A DNA stretch of 64,000 nt from an uncultured bacterium. Lineage in GTDB: Bacteria > Zhuqueibacterota > QNDG01 > DTFT01. The position numbers and the translations under genes were made by a program. Below, piece by piece: positions 30,772 to 41,000 of the stretch. The stretch's first letter is position 1. Each line of letters starts with the position of its first letter. The stretch lies in contig CAVTNR010000009.1 in the NCBI GenBank assembly GCA_963736115.1, positions 64,001 through 128,000 of the forward strand. Direction: 5' to 3'. The notes below the pieces were generated by a model. The model worked only from the letters and a program-made list of their open reading frames with translations. It ran no database searches and was not told the origin of the DNA.

Positions 30772-33066
30772 ATGAAGCGTCCAATCCGATTGAAAAGGCT
30801 CATGGCCGTCCTGGTGCTCGCAGTCGCGGCCGCGGCCTCGGCCGCGCCAAAAAAAACGATGAATCCGGACAGCCTCGTGGCCGCCGGCCGGCGGTTTCTG
30901 AATGACCGGAAGCCCGATGATGCGCAAACCGCGTTCGAAGCGGTTCTGAAAATCCGCCAATCGGATCGGGACGCCATGGCCGGAATGGCGGAGGCGGACC
31001 AGATGCGCTATCGCTGGGGCAACGCGGCCGAATGGTGGGACAAAATTCTCGACCGTGCGCCAAACGACCTGGACGGACATTACGGCCTGGCCGTATGCAA
31101 ACGGGAGATCGGCCGCCGCGTGGTCCTGCTCCAGCGCCATCTGGAATGGAGAAGCGCGGAAAAGCATTTCCGAAGCATCATGCAGGCGGATTCAGGATTC
31201 CGGGACGTTTTGTACCAGATCGCCCTTCTGGAGATGGACCGCGGGCATCACGCGGACGCCATTCTCCTGGCGCACCGCCAGCTGGCCGTGCATCCCAAAA
31301 GCTTCAGCGGCCGTTTGGGCATCTTCCGCGTGTACGACACCGCGCTCACCCACTGGCTGCTGGAAAAGCAGCTCGCGGATTCCGCCGAAACCTGGCTGAA
31401 GGCCCGGACGACATCCCATGACCGCTATTTTCTGGGCGAGCTCTACAGAAGGACAGCCAAACTGCCCCTGGCTGATTCCATGTATGTCTCCCTGCTCGCG
31501 CGTCCGGACAGCCTTCCGCTTCAGCCCGTTCACCTGTCGCGCGCGCGGCTGTTCGCCGAGCGGGGAGAACCCCAGCGCGCGAACGACGCTTACTGGGAAG
31601 CGGTCCGTTCCATTTCCTGCGACCTGGAAGCCGAGTTTCTGAAGCAGGAGATGATGCTCATCGTGAACGAAAAGGAATACGACGTCCTCAAGGGGCCCGT
31701 CCCCTATACGATCCTTCCGGAACTGCTCCGCGCCTTCTGGTTCCGCCGGAATCCTGCGCCTTCCTCTCCCTACAATCTCCGGCTGACGGAACATTTCCGC
31801 CGCATGGTTCACGCGGAGAAATACTACCGGATCGACGGATTCAAGACATCCATCGACCAGATGCATCAGTATCTCAAATTTCCGGGCTGGATTCATGAGA
31901 GCGAAAAGTTCGACGATATGGGGCTCATCTACATCCGGTTCGGCGAACCAGACGACCAGGCCGCGGTGCAGGGCGAACAGGTCGCGACCAACATGTCCTG
32001 GCTGTACAAGGCCAGGGACGACAGCCCGCAGATGGTTTTTCATTTCATGTCGAACACCCCGGGCGTCTGGAGCCTGGTACGCGATCTGAATGATCCGAGC
32101 ATGCTCGAAAACCTCGTGGACTGGGACATCCGGTACCACGAAGCGTCGAGCGGGCCGGACCTGAACCGGTATTCCATGCAGAACCGCCTGTCCGACGAAT
32201 CCGCGAAAACGGTGGAAACGGCATTCCGCACCGACCGACAGTCCTGGTCGACCCGGATGAAAATCCTTTCGGTTATCCCGGGCCTGTACCGGTACCGGTC
32301 CGGCCCATCGCGGGATTACTTCAACTGGGCCTACGGCATCCCCATACCGGAGCTGATGCGCCAGATCGGAGCCCACGACACCGTCCGCATCGAAACCGGC
32401 ATTGAAATCTTCGACCCCAGGCTGAAGTCCGTCTGGAAGGACAGCCACCGTCTGACGCTGAAGGACACGACGGACGCGCGCCTTCGGAACGGCGCGCTGG
32501 TGGATCATTTCGAGTTCGAATTGCCGCTCCGCCGGCACCTGCTCGCCTTCCATGCCCGCGTGGAGGGCACGGAAATCCTGAACGGCTGGAAATACGCCCT
32601 CCCGGCGGACGACTCAGCCCGGAACGATCTCGCCCTCGGCGCGCTCCTGCCCGCATATGCCATCGAACCGAAGACCGAATCAGCCGGCCGGGACCGTTCC
32701 CAACTCAGGATCAGCCCCAATCCCACCGGACGGGCGAGGATTTCCGAGCCCTTGTACCTGTACTATGAAATCTACAACCTGGGACTGGACTCCAAGGGGT
32801 CCGCGGACTACACGGTACAACTCTCCCTTCGCCGGACCGGCGAGGGGAAAACCGTGTTCCAGCGCATCGGAGGGCTTTTCAGCGGCGGCGGAAGCCACCG
32901 CATCTCCATCGAGAACAAACGGACGGGTAAAAACCGGAATGTGCAGGACTACATCGGCATGGACGTGCGCAGCGCGCCGCCCGGCCATTACGAGCTCTCG
33001 CTCAAGGTGACGGACCGTGCGGCCGACCGCCAGGTCTGGACGGTCGTGCCGATCACGCTGAACTGA
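30772..33066 (+). CDS. TPR + GWxTD-like domain secreted protein
   Basis: Signal peptide; TPR-like helices; FWFRRNP...EHFRRMVHA...FDDMGLIYIRFGEPD; C-terminal LYLYYEIYNL Ig-like domain. Confidence 0.75.
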   Translation: MKRPIRLKRLMAVLVLAVAAAASAAPKKTMNPDSLVAAGRRFLNDRKPDDAQTAFEAVLKIRQSDRDAMAGMAEADQMRYRWGNAAEWWDKILDRAPNDLDGHYGLAVCKREIGRRVVLLQRHLEWRSAEKHFRSIMQADSGFRDVLYQIALLEMDRGHHADAILLAHRQLAVHPKSFSGRLGIFRVYDTALTHWLLEKQLADSAETWLKARTTSHDRYFLGELYRRTAKLPLADSMYVSLLARPDSLPLQPVHLSRARLFAERGEPQRANDAYWEAVRSISCDLEAEFLKQEMMLIVNEKEYDVLKGPVPYTILPELLRAFWFRRNPAPSSPYNLRLTEHFRRMVHAEKYYRIDGFKTSIDQMHQYLKFPGWIHESEKFDDMGLIYIRFGEPDDQAAVQGEQVATNMSWLYKARDDSPQMVFHFMSNTPGVWSLVRDLNDPSMLENLVDWDIRYHEASSGPDLNRYSMQNRLSDESAKTVETAFRTDRQSWSTRMKILSVIPGLYRYRSGPSRDYFNWAYGIPIPELMRQIGAHDTVRIETGIEIFDPRLKSVWKDSHRLTLKDTTDARLRNGALVDHFEFELPLRRHLLAFHARVEGTEILNGWKYALPADDSARNDLALGALLPAYAIEPKTESAGRDRSQLRISPNPTGRARISEPLYLYYEIYNLGLDSKGSADYTVQLSLRRTGEGKTVFQRIGGLFSGGGSHRISIENKRTGKNRNVQDYIGMDVRSAPPGHYELSLKVTDRAADRQVWTVVPITLN

Positions 33067-33218
33067 AGGATTCCTCCGGACCGGACGCCTGAGGATAATT
33101 TGAACCGCAATCCCATTACAGGGGTGAGGCGGCTCACCCAGGCCCCCGGGGTCCTGAATCCATCATTCAACCACCCGATTGATCCGTTTTCAAGACTCCC
33201 GGGTCGCATCACTGTGCC

Positions 33219-33247
33219 GTAGGGGCGAGGCGCCGTCTCGCCCCTAC
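33219..33247. repeat. GTAG-type REP palindrome
   Basis: gtaggggcgaggcgccgtctcgcccctac. Confidence 0.75.
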
Positions 33248-33269
33248 GGCACCATGAGGTCAAGCACGT

Positions 33270-33869
33270 ATGCTCCACATCATCGAACTGCTCGGTGTCG
33301 CATTTTTCGCCATGGCCGGCGGCATCGAGGCCGAACGCAAGGGCATGGACCTGGTCGGCATTTACGCGGTGGCCTTTGTCACCGCGCTCGGCGGCGGCAC
33401 GCTCCGGGACGTTCTGCTCGACCGCCATCCGCTGTTCTGGGTGCAGAGCCCGGAGTACGCCCTGTGGATACTGGCCGCTTCCGTGGCCGCGGCCCTGATC
33501 CGGCGGTACAAGAAGAACCCGCTGACCGACCAGGCCGTGCTCCTGCCCGACGCCTTCGGCCTCGGTTTTTTCACTGCGGTCGGGACGGCCGTCGCCTTCG
33601 GGGAATCAGTCCCTCCTTTCATCGCGGTGCTCATGGGCGTTATCACCGCGACATTCGGCGGCGTTATACGGGACATCGTGTGCAACGAAGTCCCGATCAT
33701 TTTCAAACGCGGCCAGCTCTACGCCACCTGCTCGCTTTTCGCCGCCATAGCCTACTGGGCCTGCGAAACCGCCGGTACCGGGGCTGAAGTCGCAATGACC
33801 GTCTGCGTGCTTGTTGCCCTGATTCTCAGGCTCATTGCCGTGCGGTTCAACATCCAACTGCCGCTGTGA
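33270..33869 (+). CDS. Trimeric intracellular cation channel family protein (UPF0126)
   Basis: TALGGGTLRDVLL and TATFGGVIRDIV repeats; DAFGLG. Confidence 0.92.
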   Translation: MLHIIELLGVAFFAMAGGIEAERKGMDLVGIYAVAFVTALGGGTLRDVLLDRHPLFWVQSPEYALWILAASVAAALIRRYKKNPLTDQAVLLPDAFGLGFFTAVGTAVAFGESVPPFIAVLMGVITATFGGVIRDIVCNEVPIIFKRGQLYATCSLFAAIAYWACETAGTGAEVAMTVCVLVALILRLIAVRFNIQLPL

Positions 33870-34624
33870 AGCCTCGGCCAACCATCTACCATCGAATTCC
33901 GACTCCGGGCACTGTCATGAAACCCATGCGCATCCTTGAATCCCTCCTGTTCACCCTGATCCCGGCGCTCCTTCTTTTCATCGCCGTGCGCCTGGCCATC
34001 CCCGCGCTCAGAGCCTGGACCGGCTGGCGGCCTCTGCTCTGCTGGTACCTGTGCGGCGGCTTATTGGTTTTCCTCCCTCTTTTCGCGGCATCCTTCATCC
34101 TGATCCGCCGGGAAATCCGGGCCGGCGGACAGCCGGACCGGATCAGACGTCTCCGCCTGACGAGACCGTCGGCTGCCACTCTGGCCTGGAGCCTCGCGGG
34201 AACTGCGGCTGTCGGCATCATGACCTGGCTGTTCATGCAGGCCGGACAACGCTGGATTCCCGGATTTTCGGCATCTCCCGCGTTTCTCCGCGTCGAACCG
34301 CTCGGACCCGGCGAAACCTGGCTGGTCGCGGCCTGGGTTCCAATGTTCTTTTTCAATATCATCGGAGAGGGACTCTACTGGAGGGGATTCATGTTCCCCC
34401 GCCAGCAGGCCGCATACGGGAACCGGGCATGGATTCTGCACGGCATCTGCTGGACCCTTTTCCATTTCTCCTTCGGATTCTCCCTCGTTTTCATCCTGCT
34501 TCCCATCCTGTTCCTGACACCCTGGATCGTATCCAGAACCCGGAGCACCTGGCCGGACATCATCATACACGGACTGGTGAACGGATCGGGTTTTCTGCTC
34601 GTGGCTTTCGGAGCGGTGCGGTAG
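33866..34624 (+). CDS. CPBP (CAAX protease/Abi) family intramembrane glutamic endopeptidase
   Basis: GEGLYWRG (variant of EExxxRG), WTLFH, IIHGLVN; multiple TM segments. Confidence 0.8.
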   Translation: MKPRPTIYHRIPTPGTVMKPMRILESLLFTLIPALLLFIAVRLAIPALRAWTGWRPLLCWYLCGGLLVFLPLFAASFILIRREIRAGGQPDRIRRLRLTRPSAATLAWSLAGTAAVGIMTWLFMQAGQRWIPGFSASPAFLRVEPLGPGETWLVAAWVPMFFFNIIGEGLYWRGFMFPRQQAAYGNRAWILHGICWTLFHFSFGFSLVFILLPILFLTPWIVSRTRSTWPDIIIHGLVNGSGFLLVAFGAVR

Positions 34625-34853
34625 CCGCCCGGAACGAAAAATCGACCGCGGACCGCGGATTTGGAGTTCCCCACCGCCCTGCTGCGCTGGAGAATGCGCT
34701 CGCTGACAGATTCAGGAAGTTTGTTGGCAATGCACTTTTCAGGTGCGTCGCAACTATCAAGAGTAAAATATTCCTCTCATTGAATGTTTTACCTATTATC
34801 TTTCTTGCTTTCCTTTGATTATTTGATTAACTTTTTCCGCTGAAAACCGCATA

Positions 34854-34970
34854 TAGAAGCTTCCCCGCGGCCAGCCGCGGTGAAGCTTCTATATGTAGTG
34901 AAGAAAATATATTATATTCGCTCGCTTACCCCGCCGCAAGCGGCGGGGATTGCGCGAGCGATCAGATTCA
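34854..34970 (+). mobile_element. Hairpin MITE/PATE-like element without the nested module, in the carB leader
   Basis: agaagcttccccgcgg..cttctat.tgta..gaa.a.a.at.ttatattcgctcgct.accccgccgcaagcggcgggga.tgcgc..gc..tcagattc; collinear with the 61323 copy. Confidence 0.75.
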
Positions 34971-34994
34971 TTCATTCGTGAGGGGAATTGTTCC

Positions 34995-37900
34995 ATGCCT
35001 AAACGCGACGATATCCACAAAGTGCTCATCATCGGATCCGGCCCCATCGTCATCGGCCAGGCCTGCGAATTCGATTATTCCGGCACCCAGGCCTGCAAGG
35101 CCCTGCGGAAACTGGGGTATGAAATCGTGCTGGTCAATTCCAATCCGGCCACCATCATGACCGATCCCGGCATGGCGGACGCCACCTATATCGAACCCCT
35201 GAACGTCGACTACCTCGAACAGATCATCGCCAAAGAGAAACCGGATGCCCTGCTGCCCAATCTGGGCGGCCAGACCGGCCTGAATCTCTCCTCCCAGCTC
35301 GCGAAAAGCGGCATTCTGGAAAAATACGGCGTGAAGGTCATCGGCGTGAACATCGACGCCATCGAACGCGGCGAAGACCGCACCGCTTTCAAGCAGACCA
35401 TGACCACGCTCGGCATCGACATGCCGCGAAAGCGAAGCCGTGAACACACTCGAGGACGCGGAGAAAGTCGCCGAAAAGCTCGGATATCCGGTGGTGATCC
35501 GGCCGGCCTACACCATGGGCGGCACGGGCGGCGGCCTGGTCTACAACGTCGAGGAGCTCCGGACCATCGCCGCGCCGGGGCCTGGCCGCGAGCATGGTGC
35601 ACCAGGTCCTGGTCGAGGAATCGGTGCTGGGCTGGGAGGAACTGGAACTGGAGGTGGTGCGCGACGCCAAGAACCAGATGATCACGGTCTGCTTCATCGA
35701 GAACGTCGACGCCATGGGCGTGCACACCGGCGACTCGTTCTGCACCGCGCCGATGCTGACCATCGACCCCGAGCTTGCAGAAGAAGCTCCAGAAATACTC
35801 CTACGACATCGTCGAGGCCATCGAGGTCATCGGCGGCACCAACGTCCAGTTCGCGCACGACCCGAAAACCGGCCGGGTGGTGGTCATCGAGATCAACCCG
35901 CGCACGTCGCGCTCGTCGGCCCTGGCCTCCAAGGCCACCGGTTTCCCGATCGCCTGCGTCTCGTCCCTGCTCGCCGGCGGCCTGACCCTGGACGAGATCC
36001 CGTACTGGCGCGACGGCACCCTGGACAAATACACCCCCTCCGGCGATTACGTGGTGGTGAAGTTCGCCCGCTGGGCCTTCGAGAAGTTCGAAGGCATCGA
36101 GGACAGGCTCGGCACCCAGATGCGCGCGGTCGGCGAGGTGATGAGCATCGGCAAGAACTACAAGGAGGCCCTGCAGAAGGCCATCCGCTCGCTGGAAATC
36201 GGCCGGTACGGGCTCGGATTCGCCAAGGACTTCAACGAGAAGCCGCTGGACGAGCTGATGAAGCTCCTGGCCGTGCCCACCAGCGAACGCCAGTTCCTGA
36301 TGTACGAAGCGCTGCGCAAGGGCGCGGACGTCGCCGAGCTCTCGGCCAGAACCTACATCAAGGCCTGGTTCATCCGGCAGATGAAGGAGCTGGTGGACCT
36401 GGAGGAGGAGATTCTCACGCACAAGGGCGGCCGCCTGCCGGACGACCTCCTGATCCGGGCCAAGAAGGACGGGTTCGCGGACAAGTACCTGGCCGTCCTG
36501 CTCGGCGTCCCCGAGCAGGACATCCGCGAACGCCGCATCGCGCTGGGCGTGAAGCACGCCTGGGAGCCGGTCCGGGTGAGCGGCGTGGAGAATGCCGCGT
36601 ATTACTATTCGACCTACAACGCTCCGGACGCGGTTCAGGTGAGCAACCGCAGAAAGATCATGGTGCTCGGCGGCGGTCCCAACCGCATCGGCCAGGGCAT
36701 CGAATTCGACTACTGCTGCGTGCACGCCGCGTTCGCCATACGCGACGCCGGGCTCGAATCCATCATGGTGAACTGCAACCCGGAGACCGTTTCCACCGAC
36801 TACGACACGTCTGACAAGCTGTACTTCGAGCCGCTGACCGTGGAGGACGTGCTGGCCATCTGGGAGAAGGAGAAGCCGGAGGGCGCCATCGTACAGTTCG
36901 GCGGCCAGACCCCCCTGAACATCGCCGCCGAACTCGAGAAGGCGGGCGTGAAGATACTGGGCACCTCGCCCGACACCATCGACCTCGCCGAGGACCGGGA
37001 CCGCTTCCGGAAGGTGATGCAGAAGCTCGGGATTCCCCAGCCGGACTCCGGCATGGCGAGCACCTGGAGGAGGCGCTGTCCATCGCCGAGCGCATCGGGT
37101 ACCCCCTCATGGTCCGGCCCTCGTACGTGCTGGGCGGCCGCGCCATGCAGATCGTGCTCGACGAGGCCATGCTCCGGCGCTATGTCGCCGCGGCCGTGGA
37201 CGTCTCGCCCGAACGGCCCATCCTCATCGACAAATTCCTCGAGAACGCGATCGAGGCCGAAGCCGATGCCCTGTGCGACGGCAGGGAAGCCTTTGTGCCT
37301 GCCGTGATGGAGCATATCGAGTACGCGGGCATCCACTCCGGCGATTCGGCCTGCGTGATCCCGCCCGTGGGCCTTCCCCACAAGCACGTGGAGACCATCG
37401 AGGAATACACGCGCCGCATCGCGCTGGAGCTCGGCGTGGTGGGTCTGATCAACATCCAGTACGCGATCGCGAACGGCACCGTGTATATTCTCGAGGCCAA
37501 CCCCCGCGCCTCCCGCACCGTGCCGCTGGTGTCCAAGGTGTGCAACATCCCGATGGCCAAGATCGCCACCCGGATCATGCTGGGCAAGAAGCTGGCCGAT
37601 CTCAAGCTGAAGCGCGTATCGTTCCGGCACTTCGGCGTGAAGGAGGCGGTGTTCCCCTTCAACATGTTCCCGGAGGTCGACCCGGTGCTCGGCCCGGAGA
37701 TGCGCTCCACCGGCGAGGTGCTCGGCCTGGCCGACAATTTCGGCCTTGCCTTCTACAAGTCACAGGAGGCAACCAAGCTCACGCTCCCGCTCGAAGGCAC
37801 GGTTCTCATCACGGTCGCGGACCGCGACAAGGGCGGCGTTCTGGAATCCGCCAAGCGCTTCCAGGACATGGGGTTCCGCATTCTCACCACCGAAGGCACG

Positions 37901-38197
37901 CGGCAGTTTCTGGTGCGGCACGGCGTCGAGTCGACCCGCATCAACAAGGTCAAGGAAGGCCGCCCCCACATCGTGGACGCGGTCAAGAACGGCGAGATCC
38001 AGCTCATCATCAACACGCCCAAGGGCAAACTGTCGGAAGTCGACGACTCCTACATCCGCAAGGCGGCCATCAAGTACAAGATTCCCTACATCACCACGAC
38101 CACCGCGGCCCTGGCCGCGGCCAAGGGCATCGCCGCGCGCCGCGAGGTGCAGACCTCCGTCAAGTCCCTGCAGGACTATCACGCGGAGATCCGTTAA
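34995..38197 (+). CDS. carB: Carbamoyl-phosphate synthase large subunit; four single-base frameshifts (about 35430, 35575, 35775, 37064), probably assembly errors
   Basis: [30 protein letters not shown]; RPAYTMGG; GVHTGDS; [10 protein letters not shown]; [13 protein letters not shown]; RPSYVLGG; EANPRASRT; MGS domain. Pieces lie in ORFs 34950, 35440, 35594, 35775 and 37109. Confidence 0.93.
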
Positions 38198-38273
38198 CCC
38201 GCGGCTTTTGGAACCCCCGGCAGGTGCCGGGTGTTTCTCGAATCGCGAAAACATACTCAGCGCTTGAATGGAT

Positions 38274-38324
38274 GTCATTCCCGCGCAAGTGTCTTTTTCA
38301 TCCGCGCCAGCGGACGGGAATCCA
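38274..38324. repeat. RPE/REP-like palindrome GTCATTCCCGCG...CGGGAATCCA
   Basis: gtcattcccgcgcaag...cggacgggaatcca, with an expanded loop. Confidence 0.55.
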
Positions 38325-38478
38325 TTGTTTGAAAAAACGGGATGGCCGACGCGTCTGCGGGGTATCGCGACCCCGGATGCATGCGGCAGGCATTTCCCCG
38401 ATGCTTTGACACGCATGGAATTGTTTCTTCCGTCCGGTTTTCGCTTCTGACGAAGTCTCAGACCAAAGGATTGAAAAC

Positions 38479-39288
38479 ATGTCCCTATGGCAGGCGCTTC
38501 TCCTCGGCACGGTTCAGGGTTTGACTGAATTCCTTCCGGTCAGCAGTTCCGGCCATCTGGTCCTCTTCCAGCGTCTGCTCGGGCTGGAATCGAACGTCCT
38601 TACATTTGACATCATCGTCCATCTCGCCACATTGGCCGCGGTTCTCGCGGTTTACTGGAAAGATGTGGTCTCGATCCTGAAAAACCCGCTCGGCCGCATG
38701 ACCTGGCTTCTGGTATTGGGCACGATCCCGGCTGTCGCATTCGGCCTCGGCCTGAAGGACACCATCGAGTACCTGTTCCGCTCCGGAAAATCTCTTGGTT
38801 TTGAATTTATCTTCACTGGAATCATTCTCTGGCTCGCTGATTCCCTGAAAACACGGGACAAGGGCGTGCGGGAGACTACGGCCGGAGATGCTCTTCTGAT
38901 CGGATCGGCCCAGGCCCTGGCCATACTCCCGGCCGTATCCCGGTCCGGATTCACGATCGCGGGCGCGCTCTGGCGCGGGCTCGACCGGAAATTCGCGGCC
39001 AAGTTCTCCTTCCTTCTCTCCATACCCGCCATTCTCGGCGCCGCGGTTCTGGATGCGCCCGCGGCCGTACGCATGGTGCGTGAAACCGGAACACTCGGTG
39101 TCCCCACGGTTCCCCTCATTGCAGGATTCATCGCCGCGGCCGTGTTCGGCTGGCTGGCCGTCAAGTGGATGATCCGGATCATCACCACCGGCCGTCTGCG
39201 GCCGTTCGCGATCTACGTTTCAGTGCTGGGCCTGCTGGTCCTTCTTGAGCAGATTTTTTCGGGACATCTTTTCGGAAAACTTTTCTGA
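38479..39288 (+). CDS. uppP: Undecaprenyl-diphosphate phosphatase
   Basis: QGLTEFLPVSSSGHL, PAVSRSGFT, FSFLLSIP. Confidence 0.95.
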   Translation: MSLWQALLLGTVQGLTEFLPVSSSGHLVLFQRLLGLESNVLTFDIIVHLATLAAVLAVYWKDVVSILKNPLGRMTWLLVLGTIPAVAFGLGLKDTIEYLFRSGKSLGFEFIFTGIILWLADSLKTRDKGVRETTAGDALLIGSAQALAILPAVSRSGFTIAGALWRGLDRKFAAKFSFLLSIPAILGAAVLDAPAAVRMVRETGTLGVPTVPLIAGFIAAAVFGWLAVKWMIRIITTGRLRPFAIYVSVLGLLVLLEQIFSGHLFGKLF

Positions 39289-39641
39289 CCTGGTTAAACC
39301 GCCTGCGGTCCGTCCGATTGTTCCGCCGGACGGATCGCTTAATTTTAATTCGGATGTAGAGGTAAATTCATCCGAAATCGCTTTGACTTCAGCTCCCATC
39401 CTTATATATTTGATTTACTTCGTCCCCCTGTTCATGTAAATCGATTTTTCGGCTGATCCACAAATCAGCTCGATCCCGAGTTTTTTTATAAAATTGGATT
39501 TGCGGTGAAATCTCAATGCTTTATTAAACAATATCTTGAGAGTTTTATTCAAAGAATAAAAAATTTGTTCAAATCGATATATTCCCCTATAAAATTCTTT
39601 CAATTAAATAAAAATTTGTTTAAATTAAGGTTTATCCGGAA

Positions 39642-41000
39642 ATGGACATGAACTACATCAGCACAAATGAAAATTCTCCCAAGGTGGACTTTATAACCGC
39701 CCTGTTCCGCGGTCAGGCGCCGGACCGCGGTCTCTACATGCCGGAAACCATCCCCCTTCTGGAGCCGGATGAAATCCGCGCGATGAAATCCATGTCCTAC
39801 CCGGAAATCGCGGAGAGCATCCTGTCCCGTTATCTGTCCGGGCACATTGCCACGGAACGGCTTTCCGCGCTGTGCCGCGACGCGTACGATTTCGACGTGC
39901 CAGTCGAATCCGCGGGAGACCGGCTTTTCATCCTTAGGCTCGACCGGGGTCCGACCGCCTCATTCAAGGATTTCGCAGCCGCCATGATGGCCCGTCTGAT
40001 GTCCGAGTTCCGAGGCGCGGGCGCGAAGCGCCTCGTTGTGCTGACCGCCACCAGCGGAGACACGGGCGGCGCGGTCGCGCGCGCTTTCCACGGAATCCCC
40101 GGCATCGATGTCATTGTGCTGTTTCCTCCCGGCGAAGTGAGCGACCGACAGCGCCGCCAGATGACCACGCTGTCGGGCAACGTGACCGCGATCGCAGTGG
40201 ACGGGAAGTTCGACCACTGCCAGGCCCTGGTGAAAAAAACATTCGCGGATCCGGATCTGCGTTCGATCGACCTGACCTCGGCGAATTCGATCAACATCGG
40301 ACGCCTGCTGCCGCAGTCCGTGTATTACGCGTACGCCTACAGCCGCATCGCCGATCACCCGGAGCCGATGGTCGTCTCCGTCCCCTCCGGCAATTTCGGA
40401 GACATGATGGGCGCCCTGCTCGCCCGCCGCATGGGAGTTCCGATTTCGCGCGTGGTCGTGGCCACCAATTCAAACGACGAAGTGCCGCAATACCTGGCGA
40501 CCGGCGTTTACCGTAAAATCGACCCGTCCCGGGTCTGCATTTCGAACGCCATGAACGTGGGACACCCGAGCAACCTGGCGCGCGTCGTTTCCCTCTATGG
40601 CGGCCGCATGGACGAGACGGGCGCGGTCATCCGTCCGCCAGACATGGCCGCGATGCGGCGCGACCTGTTCGCGGTCAGCGTGAGCGACTCGGAAACGCGC
40701 GACGCCATCCGCGACACCTGGCGAGACAGTCGCATCCTGCTGGAACCGCACGGCGCCGTGGGCTGGGTCGGGCTGAGGCGGTACCTGGAACTCCGGAAGA
40801 CCGGCGGCCGTGAGCTGTGTCTCCCCGTGGAAACGGCCCATCCCGCGAAATTCCCGGAGGAGATCGGGCGTCTGCTCGGGTTCGAGCCCGAGATCCCGCC
40901 CAGTCTCGCCGGTCTCGATGCGGGAAGCGAATCCTGGCTGGACATGCCCGCGGATGATGGGGCGTTCCGGGCCTTCCTCTTGGAAAGGTACGCCGCATGA
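39642..41000 (+). CDS. thrC: Threonine synthase
   Basis: GPTASFKDF (PLP lysine), ATSGDTG, SANSINIGRL, VPSGNFG, ETAHPAKF. Confidence 0.95.
   Translation: MDMNYISTNENSPKVDFITALFRGQAPDRGLYMPETIPLLEPDEIRAMKSMSYPEIAESILSRYLSGHIATERLSALCRDAYDFDVPVESAGDRLFILRLDRGPTASFKDFAAAMMARLMSEFRGAGAKRLVVLTATSGDTGGAVARAFHGIPGIDVIVLFPPGEVSDRQRRQMTTLSGNVTAIAVDGKFDHCQALVKKTFADPDLRSIDLTSANSINIGRLLPQSVYYAYAYSRIADHPEPMVVSVPSGNFGDMMGALLARRMGVPISRVVVATNSNDEVPQYLATGVYRKIDPSRVCISNAMNVGHPSNLARVVSLYGGRMDETGAVIRPPDMAAMRRDLFAVSVSDSETRDAIRDTWRDSRILLEPHGAVGWVGLRRYLELRKTGGRELCLPVETAHPAKFPEEIGRLLGFEPEIPPSLAGLDAGSESWLDMPADDGAFRAFLLERYAA

Noticed and set aside
33070-33270. Glycine riboswitch upstream of the UPF0126 gene
   Set aside because: Lacks GGAGA...CCGAAG...CTCTCAGG core motifs; the region contains a REP instead.
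34995-38197. Programmed ribosomal frameshifting in carB, the HEAT gene or the first secreted gene
   Set aside because: No slippery heptamers or stimulatory structures; indels of mixed sign in short homopolymers fit sequencing error.
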